A stretch of 64,000 bases of DNA, taken from the NCBI GenBank assembly GCA_016841605.1, contig JAENYV010000003.1, forward strand, positions 9,064 through 73,063, read 5' to 3'. A program made the translations under genes and the position numbers. Origin of the DNA: Dethiobacter alkaliphilus (lineage in GTDB: Bacteria; Bacillota; Dethiobacteria; DTU022; UBA8154). Shown piece by piece: positions 37,734 through 46,913 of this stretch. The number at the start of each line of letters is the position of its first letter. The first letter of the stretch is position 1. The notes beneath the pieces are model-generated. The model was given only the letters and a program-made list of their open reading frames with translations. It had not been told where the DNA came from and ran no database searches.

Positions 37734-38801
37734 TCATTTTGCCTCAAGAGCTTTAATTAACTCTTCAGGAAGCTGGAATGATGTATCAATTAATTTTTTT
37801 AATTCATCCCCTGCAAGAGGATTAATCGGCATATCAGCTTTTGCAGCCTTGTCTAATAGCTCAGGATTGTTCAAAACCTTCATAAAAGCATCACTTAAAA
37901 ATTCTACCCGCTCTTGCGGCACCCCGGGAGACGTGGCAATTGAGCGACCGGCTGCCGCGATAGATGATATGGCATTAATAATCTGCTTCGCTTCGTTAGA
38001 CTTTGCAAACGGTTTCGCATTAGGTACTCCAGGTAGTTCCGGCACTTCTTCCTCATTAATTACTACTATGGGTTTAAGGTCTCCATTGGCAATAGCAGAC
38101 AATTTACTGCTCATGGAGCCCATTGTTGCATCTACATCTCCCCGCATTACGGCGAGGTCAGTCCCTGAAGATCCTTCAAATCCGGTAACTATTTTGGATT
38201 GCAGTTCAAAAGCAGCGATCATGGCCACCGGATTAACATAAGTACTACCTGTCGTCGATGTGGAAGATATAGTCGTATTAGCTGTTAAAAAGTCTTCAAA
38301 AGCTTGAATCTTGCCTTCAGGAGAAACAACTAAAACCTGTGGATCCGAAGCTATACGTGCTACCCATTCAACATTTTTAAGGTCAAATTCCACACCTTCT
38401 TCATTAAGAACCTGAGAAGGGATAGTACCTATTAAATTAATAATGCAAATTGTTAAACCGTCCGGGTCTGAAGTATAAAACTTGTTAGTACCAATAATGC
38501 TGCCACCGCCGGGTATATTTTCCACAACTACACTTTTGGCTCCAAGTTCAGCTTCTAAGTAAGGCGCTACAAGACGAGCATAAGTATCAAATCCGCCCCC
38601 AGGATTAAAAGGAACTATAAAGGTAACTGTTTTTCCTTTATAGAAATCTGCTGCTGTCTCCTTAGCAGGTTCCTGCGTTTGATTTGCAGGTGCCGGTTGG
38701 TCTGCAGGTTTACTGCACCCAATAGGTAAAAACGCTATAATTATTAATAAGACGACCATTAGAAAACAAGTATTCCTAATCTTTTTACTATACCTAAACA
38801 T
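37734..38801 (-). CDS. tctC: TctC/Bug-family substrate-binding lipoprotein of the TTT transporter
   Basis: Lipobox LPIGCSKP; Bug-family fold. Confidence 0.8.
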   Translation of the reverse strand: MFRYSKKIRNTCFLMVVLLIIIAFLPIGCSKPADQPAPANQTQEPAKETAADFYKGKTVTFIVPFNPGGGFDTYARLVAPYLEAELGAKSVVVENIPGGGSIIGTNKFYTSDPDGLTICIINLIGTIPSQVLNEEGVEFDLKNVEWVARIASDPQVLVVSPEGKIQAFEDFLTANTTISSTSTTGSTYVNPVAMIAAFELQSKIVTGFEGSSGTDLAVMRGDVDATMGSMSSKLSAIANGDLKPIVVINEEEVPELPGVPNAKPFAKSNEAKQIINAISSIAAAGRSIATSPGVPQERVEFLSDAFMKVLNNPELLDKAAKADMPINPLAGDELKKLIDTSFQLPEELIKALEAK

Positions 38802-38903
38802 ACATGAAACCCCCTTTAAATTTAGCTACATAAACATGAAGCTTCTTACCAATCAAAATAAATTTCCTTGCCCAATGCCATAATAACTGATTTAAAATTT
38901 TAA

Positions 38904-40361
38904 TTAAATCCCCATGGACGCATATAGGCTACCACCTCCTGTTGTAAGGTTGGAAATATCTTCTTGCGAAATATATTCGTTTATGGGGAATTCTTCTATT
39001 ACTCTTTCCTCCGGCCTACCAACTTCCGGAAACGGCTTTCCGACTGGTTTTGTTGCATCAATAATAAACCCGCCAACTTGCAGATCACTCATAGAAGAAG
39101 GGTCATGACGATTAGCATCCAAGTTTTTTACCACCTGTACCTGATCCGTATTAGCATCGACCCTTGTCCCTACTGCCCATAAAACATCATTTAAGTCAAA
39201 TGGATTAATATCTATATCAACAATTATTACATTTTTAAGAAAATCACCTACTACGGATAAAGCATAGTGAGCTAAACGCTGAGTCTCGCCGGGATGATCG
39301 GGGGCAAATTGAATAACACATGTATACGGCTGTGCCCGATGTGCCACTTTAACCCCAGGGAACTTAGTTCTCAATTCATTGGTTAAGGTAATAGCCATAC
39401 TTATCTCACCATGTAATGTGTTGTGCCCAACCCAATTATTTTCACATATAGGATTATCACTATAATTAAAAGCAGTCGGAGTGAAAACAGGCTCCAGAGT
39501 TTGGGGTGAATAGTAACGCATAAAATCAATCCAGGGACCATTAAAATCACGCTCTTCCAGGCTCAAATAGCCTTCAACAACCATTTCCGCATCTGCAGGA
39601 ATTAAAAAATCATCTCCTAAAGTTGCTGAAGCAGTAAGGCGTAACGGCTCATTCAATAATCCACCTGCCACTGCATATTCATCAATGTTATAACCTGGTC
39701 GTACAGCACCGGCCAGCATAAGCAGCGGGTGGGCTCCAAATATCCAGGCAACAGGCATTTCTTTATAACCTAAAGCTCGGTACTTCTTCATATATGACCA
39801 AAGATGCCTATACTGGATCCTCGGTGCTGATCTTTGTGGCCCATGCACATGATGCCTGTGCCAGGAAAGGTTATAACGGCCGTTTTCCGGGTCCTTACCG
39901 ATAGCCAAACCGCAAATCCATCCCGGTTGGGCATCTTTGCTATCTTTCCTATATAGAGGAAGATCAAACAAGTTAACATCCTTACCTGTTAAAACCGTTG
40001 CCTTTACTTGGGCTTTACCGGGATCGACTTGAACAGGATTTATCGGACCTGAAAGGCGGTTGCTAAGTTCCATAATAATACCTTCAGCCGTCCATTTCTC
40101 TTTTGGTAATTCGCAAGCAATAGCCATGCGTGCATAGGAGCCCTCCTGCTGCCACTGTGCGCTACCAGGCCAACGCTTTCCACTTATTGTCTCAATGTTT
40201 TCAAATATTACTGCAGGAAACTTGCCGATTTTTTTTAGTTGCCAAACAATAGAACTACATTGGTTTTTATGGGGTTTTAAAGGTCCTTTGGCAATGCGAA
40301 TTATCTGCTCAGGATAATTATTTTCTAAATCACTTAAGAACGTTTTCGCCGACTTAACCAT
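38904..40361 (-). CDS. UbiD-family decarboxylase/carboxylase (paralog 2)
   Basis: UbiD core; 485 aa. Confidence 0.85.
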   Translation of the reverse strand: MVKSAKTFLSDLENNYPEQIIRIAKGPLKPHKNQCSSIVWQLKKIGKFPAVIFENIETISGKRWPGSAQWQQEGSYARMAIACELPKEKWTAEGIIMELSNRLSGPINPVQVDPGKAQVKATVLTGKDVNLFDLPLYRKDSKDAQPGWICGLAIGKDPENGRYNLSWHRHHVHGPQRSAPRIQYRHLWSYMKKYRALGYKEMPVAWIFGAHPLLMLAGAVRPGYNIDEYAVAGGLLNEPLRLTASATLGDDFLIPADAEMVVEGYLSLEERDFNGPWIDFMRYYSPQTLEPVFTPTAFNYSDNPICENNWVGHNTLHGEISMAITLTNELRTKFPGVKVAHRAQPYTCVIQFAPDHPGETQRLAHYALSVVGDFLKNVIIVDIDINPFDLNDVLWAVGTRVDANTDQVQVVKNLDANRHDPSSMSDLQVGGFIIDATKPVGKPFPEVGRPEERVIEEFPINEYISQEDISNLTTGGGSLYASMGI

Positions 40362-40431
40362 ATTATTTCAATCCTCCTTCACCTAAGCCTTAAAAATTAA
40401 TACTCAGGTTTGCTGCATTACTACTTCCATT

Positions 40432-42051
40432 CTATTTATCATCCTCACTCTGTCCCGATTGCATAAGGCGTTCTGCTGTTTTCCGATATTCTCCATTAAT
40501 AGCCCAAGTGGCTTCTTCCCTGTTTTCTTCGGTCCAGAGGCCCAATTCATAACCGAACCAGGGAGAACGTGGCATTAATTTGGGAAGACCAATTTTTTCC
40601 CACTTAGCCTGGGCTGCCTCCATATACTCCTTTGCCGGCAATGCCACGGGCGGATAAGGCCATTTCCTGGTTGCGTCTATTAAAATTGAAGAACAGCCGC
40701 GAGGTCCTGTACTACCCATAGGATAGAACCTCTCTATTAAAGAAGAAGAGGGGGGGGCTGAAGAAGGATCCAGGGCGGCAAAGCGACCTTCCATAATTTT
40801 GACGTCAAGGTGGGGTTGGTGCCGAAAAGCCAGTGCCCACATTACGGATTCCAAATCCCGGGGATCAATATCATCATCTACAGCTATGGCCACCTTGGGA
40901 AACCCGCCGGCCCTTGCCAATGATGCATTTAGAGCCTGCCAGGCTTCAGAGTGCGTAGGCCTAGGTGTCCATGTTTTGTGTATCTGAATAACACAGAGTT
41001 GCCAACCACCGGCTGCCTGATGGAAACCTACAGCCCGAACATTAGCCAAGCCGCAATCCCGTCTTAGAAACTTTAACATGCTAGACTCTTCACCGATTGA
41101 CCGAATCATGCTTGATTCACTTGGCGGCATCTGGCTAATGAAAGCATGATAGATGGGATCCTTCCTATGAGTTATACATTTGACTTTAAAAACCTGCTTA
41201 TAATCCCTTTCGGCAATATATCCGGTATACTCTCCAAAAGGAGCTTCAAGTTCTTTATAATCGGTAAGTACTTCACCTTCAATGACAATTTCGGCATAAG
41301 CCGGCACGAACAAATCCATCGTTTGACATTTAACGACTTCCAGAGGCTTGCCGTTAATAGCCCCGGATACTGCCAGTTCATCTACTCCGTACGGGACTTT
41401 TGTAACAGCAGTCATGGCAACTGAAGGTGGTCCCCCAATTACGATGGCTGCCGGCATGGGTTCTCGCATTTCCCGGTATTTTTGCCAATGAGCAGTAATA
41501 TGATTATGCCGCGTGGAAAGCCCTGTCTTCAGTTGTCCCTTCAACATTGCCCTGTAAGTTCCAACGTTTTGAATACCGGTTTCCGGATCTTTCGTATGCC
41601 AGGATCCGGCAGTTATATAGGGCGCAGGGTCAAAACCAGGTGTTGATATGGGAATAGGAAATTCTTCTAGCCCACCGTGCTCCAATAAACCGTCCCCTAG
41701 ATGTATCTCTTCCTGTACAGGACCTGAAGATACTATTTGCGGTTGCAATGGATTAGTTAATGCTTTCTCCCACTTGTCCTCAATTTCATTTGGCTGACAT
41801 TGCATTCCTAATGCATAGACTTCACGTGAAGCCCCAATAACTGCTACAGCTACCGAGCCTTTGTAACGTTCTCCTTTAGCTCCGGTTATATTTGAAAATA
41901 AAAACCCGCTTCGTTGATTTTCCGGAAGACCGCGGTACTGCCAGCGAACAAGCGGCATAAGCTCAGTATCCTTGCTCGTCTCATCTGATATTTCTCTCAG
42001 TAAACCCTTTTCTTTCAACACTTCCAGATAATCCCTTAAATCTTTGTACAT
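40432..42051 (-). CDS. UbiD-family decarboxylase/carboxylase (paralog 3)
   Basis: UbiD N-terminus (YKDLRDYLEVLKEKGLL); start at the ATG with a GGAAGGTGA RBS. Confidence 0.85.
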   Translation of the reverse strand: MYKDLRDYLEVLKEKGLLREISDETSKDTELMPLVRWQYRGLPENQRSGFLFSNITGAKGERYKGSVAVAVIGASREVYALGMQCQPNEIEDKWEKALTNPLQPQIVSSGPVQEEIHLGDGLLEHGGLEEFPIPISTPGFDPAPYITAGSWHTKDPETGIQNVGTYRAMLKGQLKTGLSTRHNHITAHWQKYREMREPMPAAIVIGGPPSVAMTAVTKVPYGVDELAVSGAINGKPLEVVKCQTMDLFVPAYAEIVIEGEVLTDYKELEAPFGEYTGYIAERDYKQVFKVKCITHRKDPIYHAFISQMPPSESSMIRSIGEESSMLKFLRRDCGLANVRAVGFHQAAGGWQLCVIQIHKTWTPRPTHSEAWQALNASLARAGGFPKVAIAVDDDIDPRDLESVMWALAFRHQPHLDVKIMEGRFAALDPSSAPPSSSLIERFYPMGSTGPRGCSSILIDATRKWPYPPVALPAKEYMEAAQAKWEKIGLPKLMPRSPWFGYELGLWTEENREEATWAINGEYRKTAERLMQSGQSEDDK

Positions 42052-42076
42052 CGTAAATATCACCTTCCTTTTACTT

Positions 42077-42244
42077 TTAAGCCACAGGAAAATTAGCGCT
42101 AATTATCTTGCCTTCTTTGCGAGAGAAGCGGGCCATGCACATTGGACAAAACTGTAAAAAATCAGCTCCCTGATCATAAATCATTTTGTGTACATTATAA
42201 ATATGGTTGCACTTAGGGCACTCGATATAAAATTCCTGAGCCAT
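42077..42244 (-). CDS. 55-aa zinc-ribbon protein (C-P-x-C ... C-P-x-C), possible small subunit of the UbiD pair
   Basis: MAQEFYIECPKCNHIYNVHKMIYDQGADFLQFCPMCMARFSRKEGKIISANFPVA; AAGGAGG RBS; first gene of the UbiD-UbiD-tctCAB unit; absent from the ORF track. Confidence 0.5.
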   Translation of the reverse strand: MAQEFYIECPKCNHIYNVHKMIYDQGADFLQFCPMCMARFSRKEGKIISANFPVA

Positions 42245-42381
42245 TTTAAACCTCCTTTCTGGAAATTAATTAAAAATTATAAAATAAATAGTTACCCATG
42301 GACAATAATAAAATTTAATTACGAAAAAGACTTCTTTAATATGCCCGAGGCAATCCGTAAATATATTTTTTAATAAGAACA

Positions 42382-42500
42382 ACAATTATCTCATAGAGCA
42401 AGATGCCGTCTCACTTTATTGGTGCAATATTTCTATATAACTTTTTTGATTCCTGCTACCAATAAAAATATTTTTATTAAAAACAGTAATTAGATAAGTA
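42382..42500. repeat. ~120-bp AT-rich intergenic element, copy A
   Basis: Similar over ~115 bp to copy B at 44218-44335 (core AGCAAGATGNCGTCT...TTCCTGC...ATAAAAATA), same orientation. Confidence 0.55.
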
Positions 42501-42650
42501 ATAAAAAAATAACATCCAATATTCAGAATTTTATCCTGTTATGCGATATTCTATCTTATTTTTCTTTCTATATTTCTTTTAAAAATCCTTTTTTATTTTG
42601 ATATTTTTTTTAAATTTTTTTTATTTAAATAATAATATATTTATTATCAA

Positions 42651-43955
42651 TTATTTTGGAAATAAATTTTTACTATTTGAAACAGGGTGAGGTAGATTTG
42701 GAGTAGACTCTGCTAAAAAGAAAGTAACCAGCAAGATACTGAGCATTAAAAGTAAGATTGACACTATTATTGAAGATGGATAACCGTATAAATCCATTAG
42801 CCAGCCTAAAAAAGCGGGACCCACCATGGTACCTAGATCAGAAAAAAGGCGGACTCTACCTAAGGTTCTTCCGAGTTTACCGCTATGTACTAAATCGGTG
42901 GCCATTACAACAGGTAGTCCGGTAGTAAAAGCGGCAACACCTAAAAACATACTCGCTAGCAAATAAAATAAAAAAGTATTTACTACTAAAAAAAGACCGT
43001 TAGCAAGGATCAAAACAATCAAGCCAATTTGTAATACTATTTTCCGACCATATCTATCTGCTAAATAACCACCCCAAAAAAGAGAACCCAGACTAAGGAA
43101 ACCGGAAAACGAAAGTGTAAGGCCAATTTGTAAACTATCCAGACCAATACTGCTACCAAATAAAGGCAATATAGTCCTTTCTAAACCGTTCCTATTTAAG
43201 AAGATAGCAAACGCTAAAAAATATATAATAAAAAAACCTAGTTTTTTTATATTAACCGAAGAATTAATCGCTTCTTCAGATATCGAATCGATATCTTTTT
43301 TTTTGTCTTCATTTGCATTACTATAAACGCGGGATGGTGATGACAATGCTATAATTAACCCGATCAAATTGAGGATAGCACAAAATAAAAAAACGGCGCG
43401 CCATTCAAAAAAAGTTGCCAAGACTCCCCCTATTAATGGAAAGCTTGAAACCCCTGCTCGCCGGGCAATCATATAATAAGACATTATTGTCGAGCGTCTA
43501 GCAGTCCCAGCCAGCTGTAGCAATTCAGTTTGAATGGAAACTACCGCCAAAGCAGAGCCAATACCTGCTGCTATTCTTCCTAGAAGAAGGAAGACAAAAG
43601 ATGAAGCAAATGCTGAAAGTAGTGAACCTGCTAAAATTATTGCCATTCCTAGAGCGGTAAGAATAGAACCTCCGTAGCGGTCACTTAAAGTACCGGCCGG
43701 AATATCAACCGCTACTCTGGCAAGAGCAAATGAAGAAACAAACAGACCCATATGAGTAGTGGATACATCTCCCCAGGCTTGAATTTGCGGCAAAATTGGA
43801 GCTACGATCCCTAAACCCGCCATGGCAAAGATGACATTAAAACAGAGAAGGAGAATCCTTTTTAAATTTGAATTATCGCCACATGGTGTAAATTTAAAAG
43901 ACCTGCATAAATTAAGAAATTTTTTAACAGAAAAATTAAGAAAAACGCTTTTCAT
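42651..43955 (-). CDS. MFS transporter
   Basis: 12-TM MFS protein; N-terminal ~40 residues may be over-extended. Confidence 0.75.
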   Translation of the reverse strand: MKSVFLNFSVKKFLNLCRSFKFTPCGDNSNLKRILLLCFNVIFAMAGLGIVAPILPQIQAWGDVSTTHMGLFVSSFALARVAVDIPAGTLSDRYGGSILTALGMAIILAGSLLSAFASSFVFLLLGRIAAGIGSALAVVSIQTELLQLAGTARRSTIMSYYMIARRAGVSSFPLIGGVLATFFEWRAVFLFCAILNLIGLIIALSSPSRVYSNANEDKKKDIDSISEEAINSSVNIKKLGFFIIYFLAFAIFLNRNGLERTILPLFGSSIGLDSLQIGLTLSFSGFLSLGSLFWGGYLADRYGRKIVLQIGLIVLILANGLFLVVNTFLFYLLASMFLGVAAFTTGLPVVMATDLVHSGKLGRTLGRVRLFSDLGTMVGPAFLGWLMDLYGYPSSIIVSILLLMLSILLVTFFLAESTPNLPHPVSNSKNLFPK

Positions 43956-44217
43956 TTAATGCGCCTCGTTCTGAAATGATTTTACATCTCTTCTCGTGCG
44001 GAACTGTCAGCATGAAGCACCGATAAGTAATATTCTTACACAGCCTCCATCCCCGTACCTTAACGTCATAATAAATTCTAGCGGCAATCGGAACAATAGT
44101 CAAACCAATCTGCCGGGGGCCGGTCCTTGACCTTGTCCATAAAATGTTTAAAATCTCTAGCTTACAACTGTACTATTTTAGATCAAATTGCCCATTTTTT
44201 ACCTCAAACAAATTTTC

Positions 44218-44335
44218 CGATAATTATTTCACATAGCAAGATGACGTCTTATTATTATATTTTCTACATCTCTTTTTTAATTCCTGCCTATTTTATAAAA
44301 ATAATTTTTATTTTTATAACTATTTAGATCTATTA
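44218..44335. repeat. ~120-bp AT-rich intergenic element, copy B
   Basis: Direct repeat of 42382-42500, so the pair flanks the MFS gene. Confidence 0.55.
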
Positions 44336-44495
44336 TCTCAACAATAGATAAAAGGAAAACTACCCGGTGTCTTAACAGAATAAAGAATAATGGATTTTTG
44401 AATTTATCAATAAATCTATGGTATACTTAGATCGGTTTAATGACACCCCTGCATACTTTGCAGGCTTATTTTTTGAAAGTGTGGCCTTTTTAGAA

Positions 44496-46232
44496 ATGAA
44501 TATTTTAGCAAAATTCGTCCAATATTATAAACCCTATCGCTTTCTTTTCTATACAGATATGTTATGCGCAATCATTGTCTCGGTAGTGGATCTCTCTTTT
44601 CCCCAGATTTTTTATTACTTAAGCAAAAACTTATTTACCCTGGATAAACAAACTATACTGCAGTCCATAGGGTATGTGGGCCTGGCCTTGCTGGCTCTCT
44701 ATATCCTCAAATATTTTTGTCAGTATTTTATTACCTGCTGGGGACATATCATGGGAGCCAGAATGGAAACCGACATGCGCAAAGACTTGTTTAACCATTT
44801 CCAACGACTCTCCTTTTCTTTCTACGATAAAAACAATACGGGAGAGATGATGTCCAGACTGGTCAATGATCTTTTTGATATCTCCGAACTTGCTCATCAC
44901 GGACCGGAAAATATATTTATTTCTGCATTAAAGATAGTCGGCTCCTTTATCCTTCTCATGTTGCTCAATGTCAAAATGACTTTAATCTTGCTCGTTGTCA
45001 CGATAATTATGGTCGTCTTCAGTATTTACCGAAACTTAAAGATGGAAGCCGTCTTTCTGGATAACCGGCGTAAAATTGCCGGGGTCAATTCCAGCCTCCA
45101 GGATAGCCTGGCCGGTATCCGGGTCGTTAAATCCTTTGCCAATGAGAAAGTCGAAAGAAGCAAATTTAGAAAAAGCAACGAGGACTTTTTAGCTTCCAAA
45201 TCCAAAAGCTATCAAATGATGGGCAGCTATCAGGCCTGGAATTCTTTCTTTTCAGGACTTTTATATATTGTTGTCATTGTCTCCGGAGGGATATCCATTG
45301 CAAATGGATCTTTAAGACTTACCGAACTGGCTATTTATCTTCTTTACATCAATATCTTCGTTCAACCTCTGGAAGTCTTAATCAACTTCACTGAACAATT
45401 TCAAAAGGGATTTGCCGGCTTTAGGCGCTTTGTGGATATCCTCAATACTGCACCGGATATTACGGATAAACCGGGAGCTTTGCCTTTGGATAACGTTACG
45501 GGAGAAATAGAATACAACAATGTTTCCTTTCGCTACAACAATGATTACGATGTTCTGCACAATGCCAGCATCAGGATTCCTGCCGGAAGTAAAATTGCTC
45601 TCGTCGGCCCTTCCGGCGGTGGAAAAACGACCTTATGTTCTCTTCTTCCCCGCTTCTATGATGTCACCGCAGGTGCAGTCACCATTGACGGAAAAGATAT
45701 CAGAGATATAACCCTGGAATCACTGAGAAATACTATTGGAATTGTCCAGCAGGATGTCTATATGTTCAGCGGCACAATCAAGGAGAATATTGCTTACGGC
45801 AAAGCAGGCGCAACTGATGAAGAGATTAAGGAGGCAGCCCTAAATGCAAATATTCATGATTTTGTAATGTCCCTCGATCAGGGTTATGATACGCATATAG
45901 GGGAACGCGGTGTCCGCCTTTCCGGCGGGCAAAAACAACGTCTCTCCATTGCCCGGGTATTTTTGAAGAATCCTCCTATTTTAATACTTGATGAGGCTAC
46001 CTCAGCCCTCGATAACGAGAGTGAAAAATATATCCAGCAATCTTTGGAAAGACTCTCCCGGAATCGGACCACTATTGTCATCGCCCACCGGCTCAGTACC
46101 ATTAAAAATGCCGATGAAATTATCATTATTACCGATGAAGGAATTAAGGAAAGGGGAAATCACAAAGAGTTGATTACCAAGGGAGGAATTTATGCCCATT
46201 ACTACAACATGCAGTTTGAGGGGCTGGAATAA
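44496..46232 (+). CDS. ABC exporter, fused permease/ATPase (MsbA/MdlB-like)
   Basis: 6-TM domain followed by Walker A GPSGGGKTT and signature LSGGQKQR; start uncertain (ORF track 44418). Confidence 0.8.
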   Translation: MNILAKFVQYYKPYRFLFYTDMLCAIIVSVVDLSFPQIFYYLSKNLFTLDKQTILQSIGYVGLALLALYILKYFCQYFITCWGHIMGARMETDMRKDLFNHFQRLSFSFYDKNNTGEMMSRLVNDLFDISELAHHGPENIFISALKIVGSFILLMLLNVKMTLILLVVTIIMVVFSIYRNLKMEAVFLDNRRKIAGVNSSLQDSLAGIRVVKSFANEKVERSKFRKSNEDFLASKSKSYQMMGSYQAWNSFFSGLLYIVVIVSGGISIANGSLRLTELAIYLLYINIFVQPLEVLINFTEQFQKGFAGFRRFVDILNTAPDITDKPGALPLDNVTGEIEYNNVSFRYNNDYDVLHNASIRIPAGSKIALVGPSGGGKTTLCSLLPRFYDVTAGAVTIDGKDIRDITLESLRNTIGIVQQDVYMFSGTIKENIAYGKAGATDEEIKEAALNANIHDFVMSLDQGYDTHIGERGVRLSGGQKQRLSIARVFLKNPPILILDEATSALDNESEKYIQQSLERLSRNRTTIVIAHRLSTIKNADEIIIITDEGIKERGNHKELITKGGIYAHYYNMQFEGLE

Positions 46233-46463
46233 GAAAGTAATGTAAATTTTCAGCAATAACAACAATTTTCATTATTTACCTTGTATTTTTTTCCTACCTG
46301 ATGTATTATAGTAATGGATGCCATGGTGATGTTGGGTACATGTGTTCAGTTATCGGTTTCTAAAATCTCTATTTTATAGATCAGAGGCATAACTTTCCAT
46401 GTAGACTTGCGATAATTTTTTATGCCTCATGCCAAAGGTGAAGATATATTTTTTTTGAAAACA

Positions 46464-46599
46464 TTATGCCAAATATGACATAATACCTTGGTGCTGGGTA
46501 ACATTTTAACATTTCAAAGTATCCGGCTTTGTATGACAAACGAAGTGTGAAAGTGAAAGGATTAATCTTGGCGCAATCATTATGTCAAAAATGACATAA
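46464..46599 (+). promoter_or_regulatory. two palindromic sites TTATG(C/T)CA-N4-TGACATAA upstream of the AOR gene
   Basis: Site 2 (46580-46599) is a perfect 8-4-8 palindrome; site 1 (46464-46483) has one mismatch; an ATGACAAAC half-site and a GTGAAAG x2 repeat lie between them. Confidence 0.4.
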
Positions 46600-46913
46600 A
46601 AAGAAAGTATGTGAAATGATGATCAAACAAACTTACCATTTCGAGCAGCTTAAATACTCTTTAATAAATATTTCCCAAAGAAGCCCACCCTGACCACCCG
46701 CATAATATACACAATACTCCGCTTATTTTACTCCAGTATATATCGACAGATCGATTGAGACTATATTTACCAAATACTCCAGATAAAATAATAAATGTTA
46801 ATTTATACCCTTTATTAGAAAAGAAATTATTCCTGGATTAAGATGTTTGGGTAAATTACAAGATAATATGAAATTAAAAAGTCTTCATATTTGATATAAA
46901 TAAAAAGATCGAG

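Noticed and set aside
44127-44327. 66-aa plus-strand ORF (MTLSIKCL...)
   Set aside because: Falls within the AT-rich repeated intergenic element (copy B). Its hydrophobic low-complexity translation is an artefact of AT richness; the homologous copy A does not preserve the frame.
46520-46585. Sigma-54 promoter (TGGCGC-N5-TTAT) before the AOR gene
   Set aside because: The -12 element is TTAT rather than TTGC and no enhancer-binding protein gene is nearby; too weak to call.
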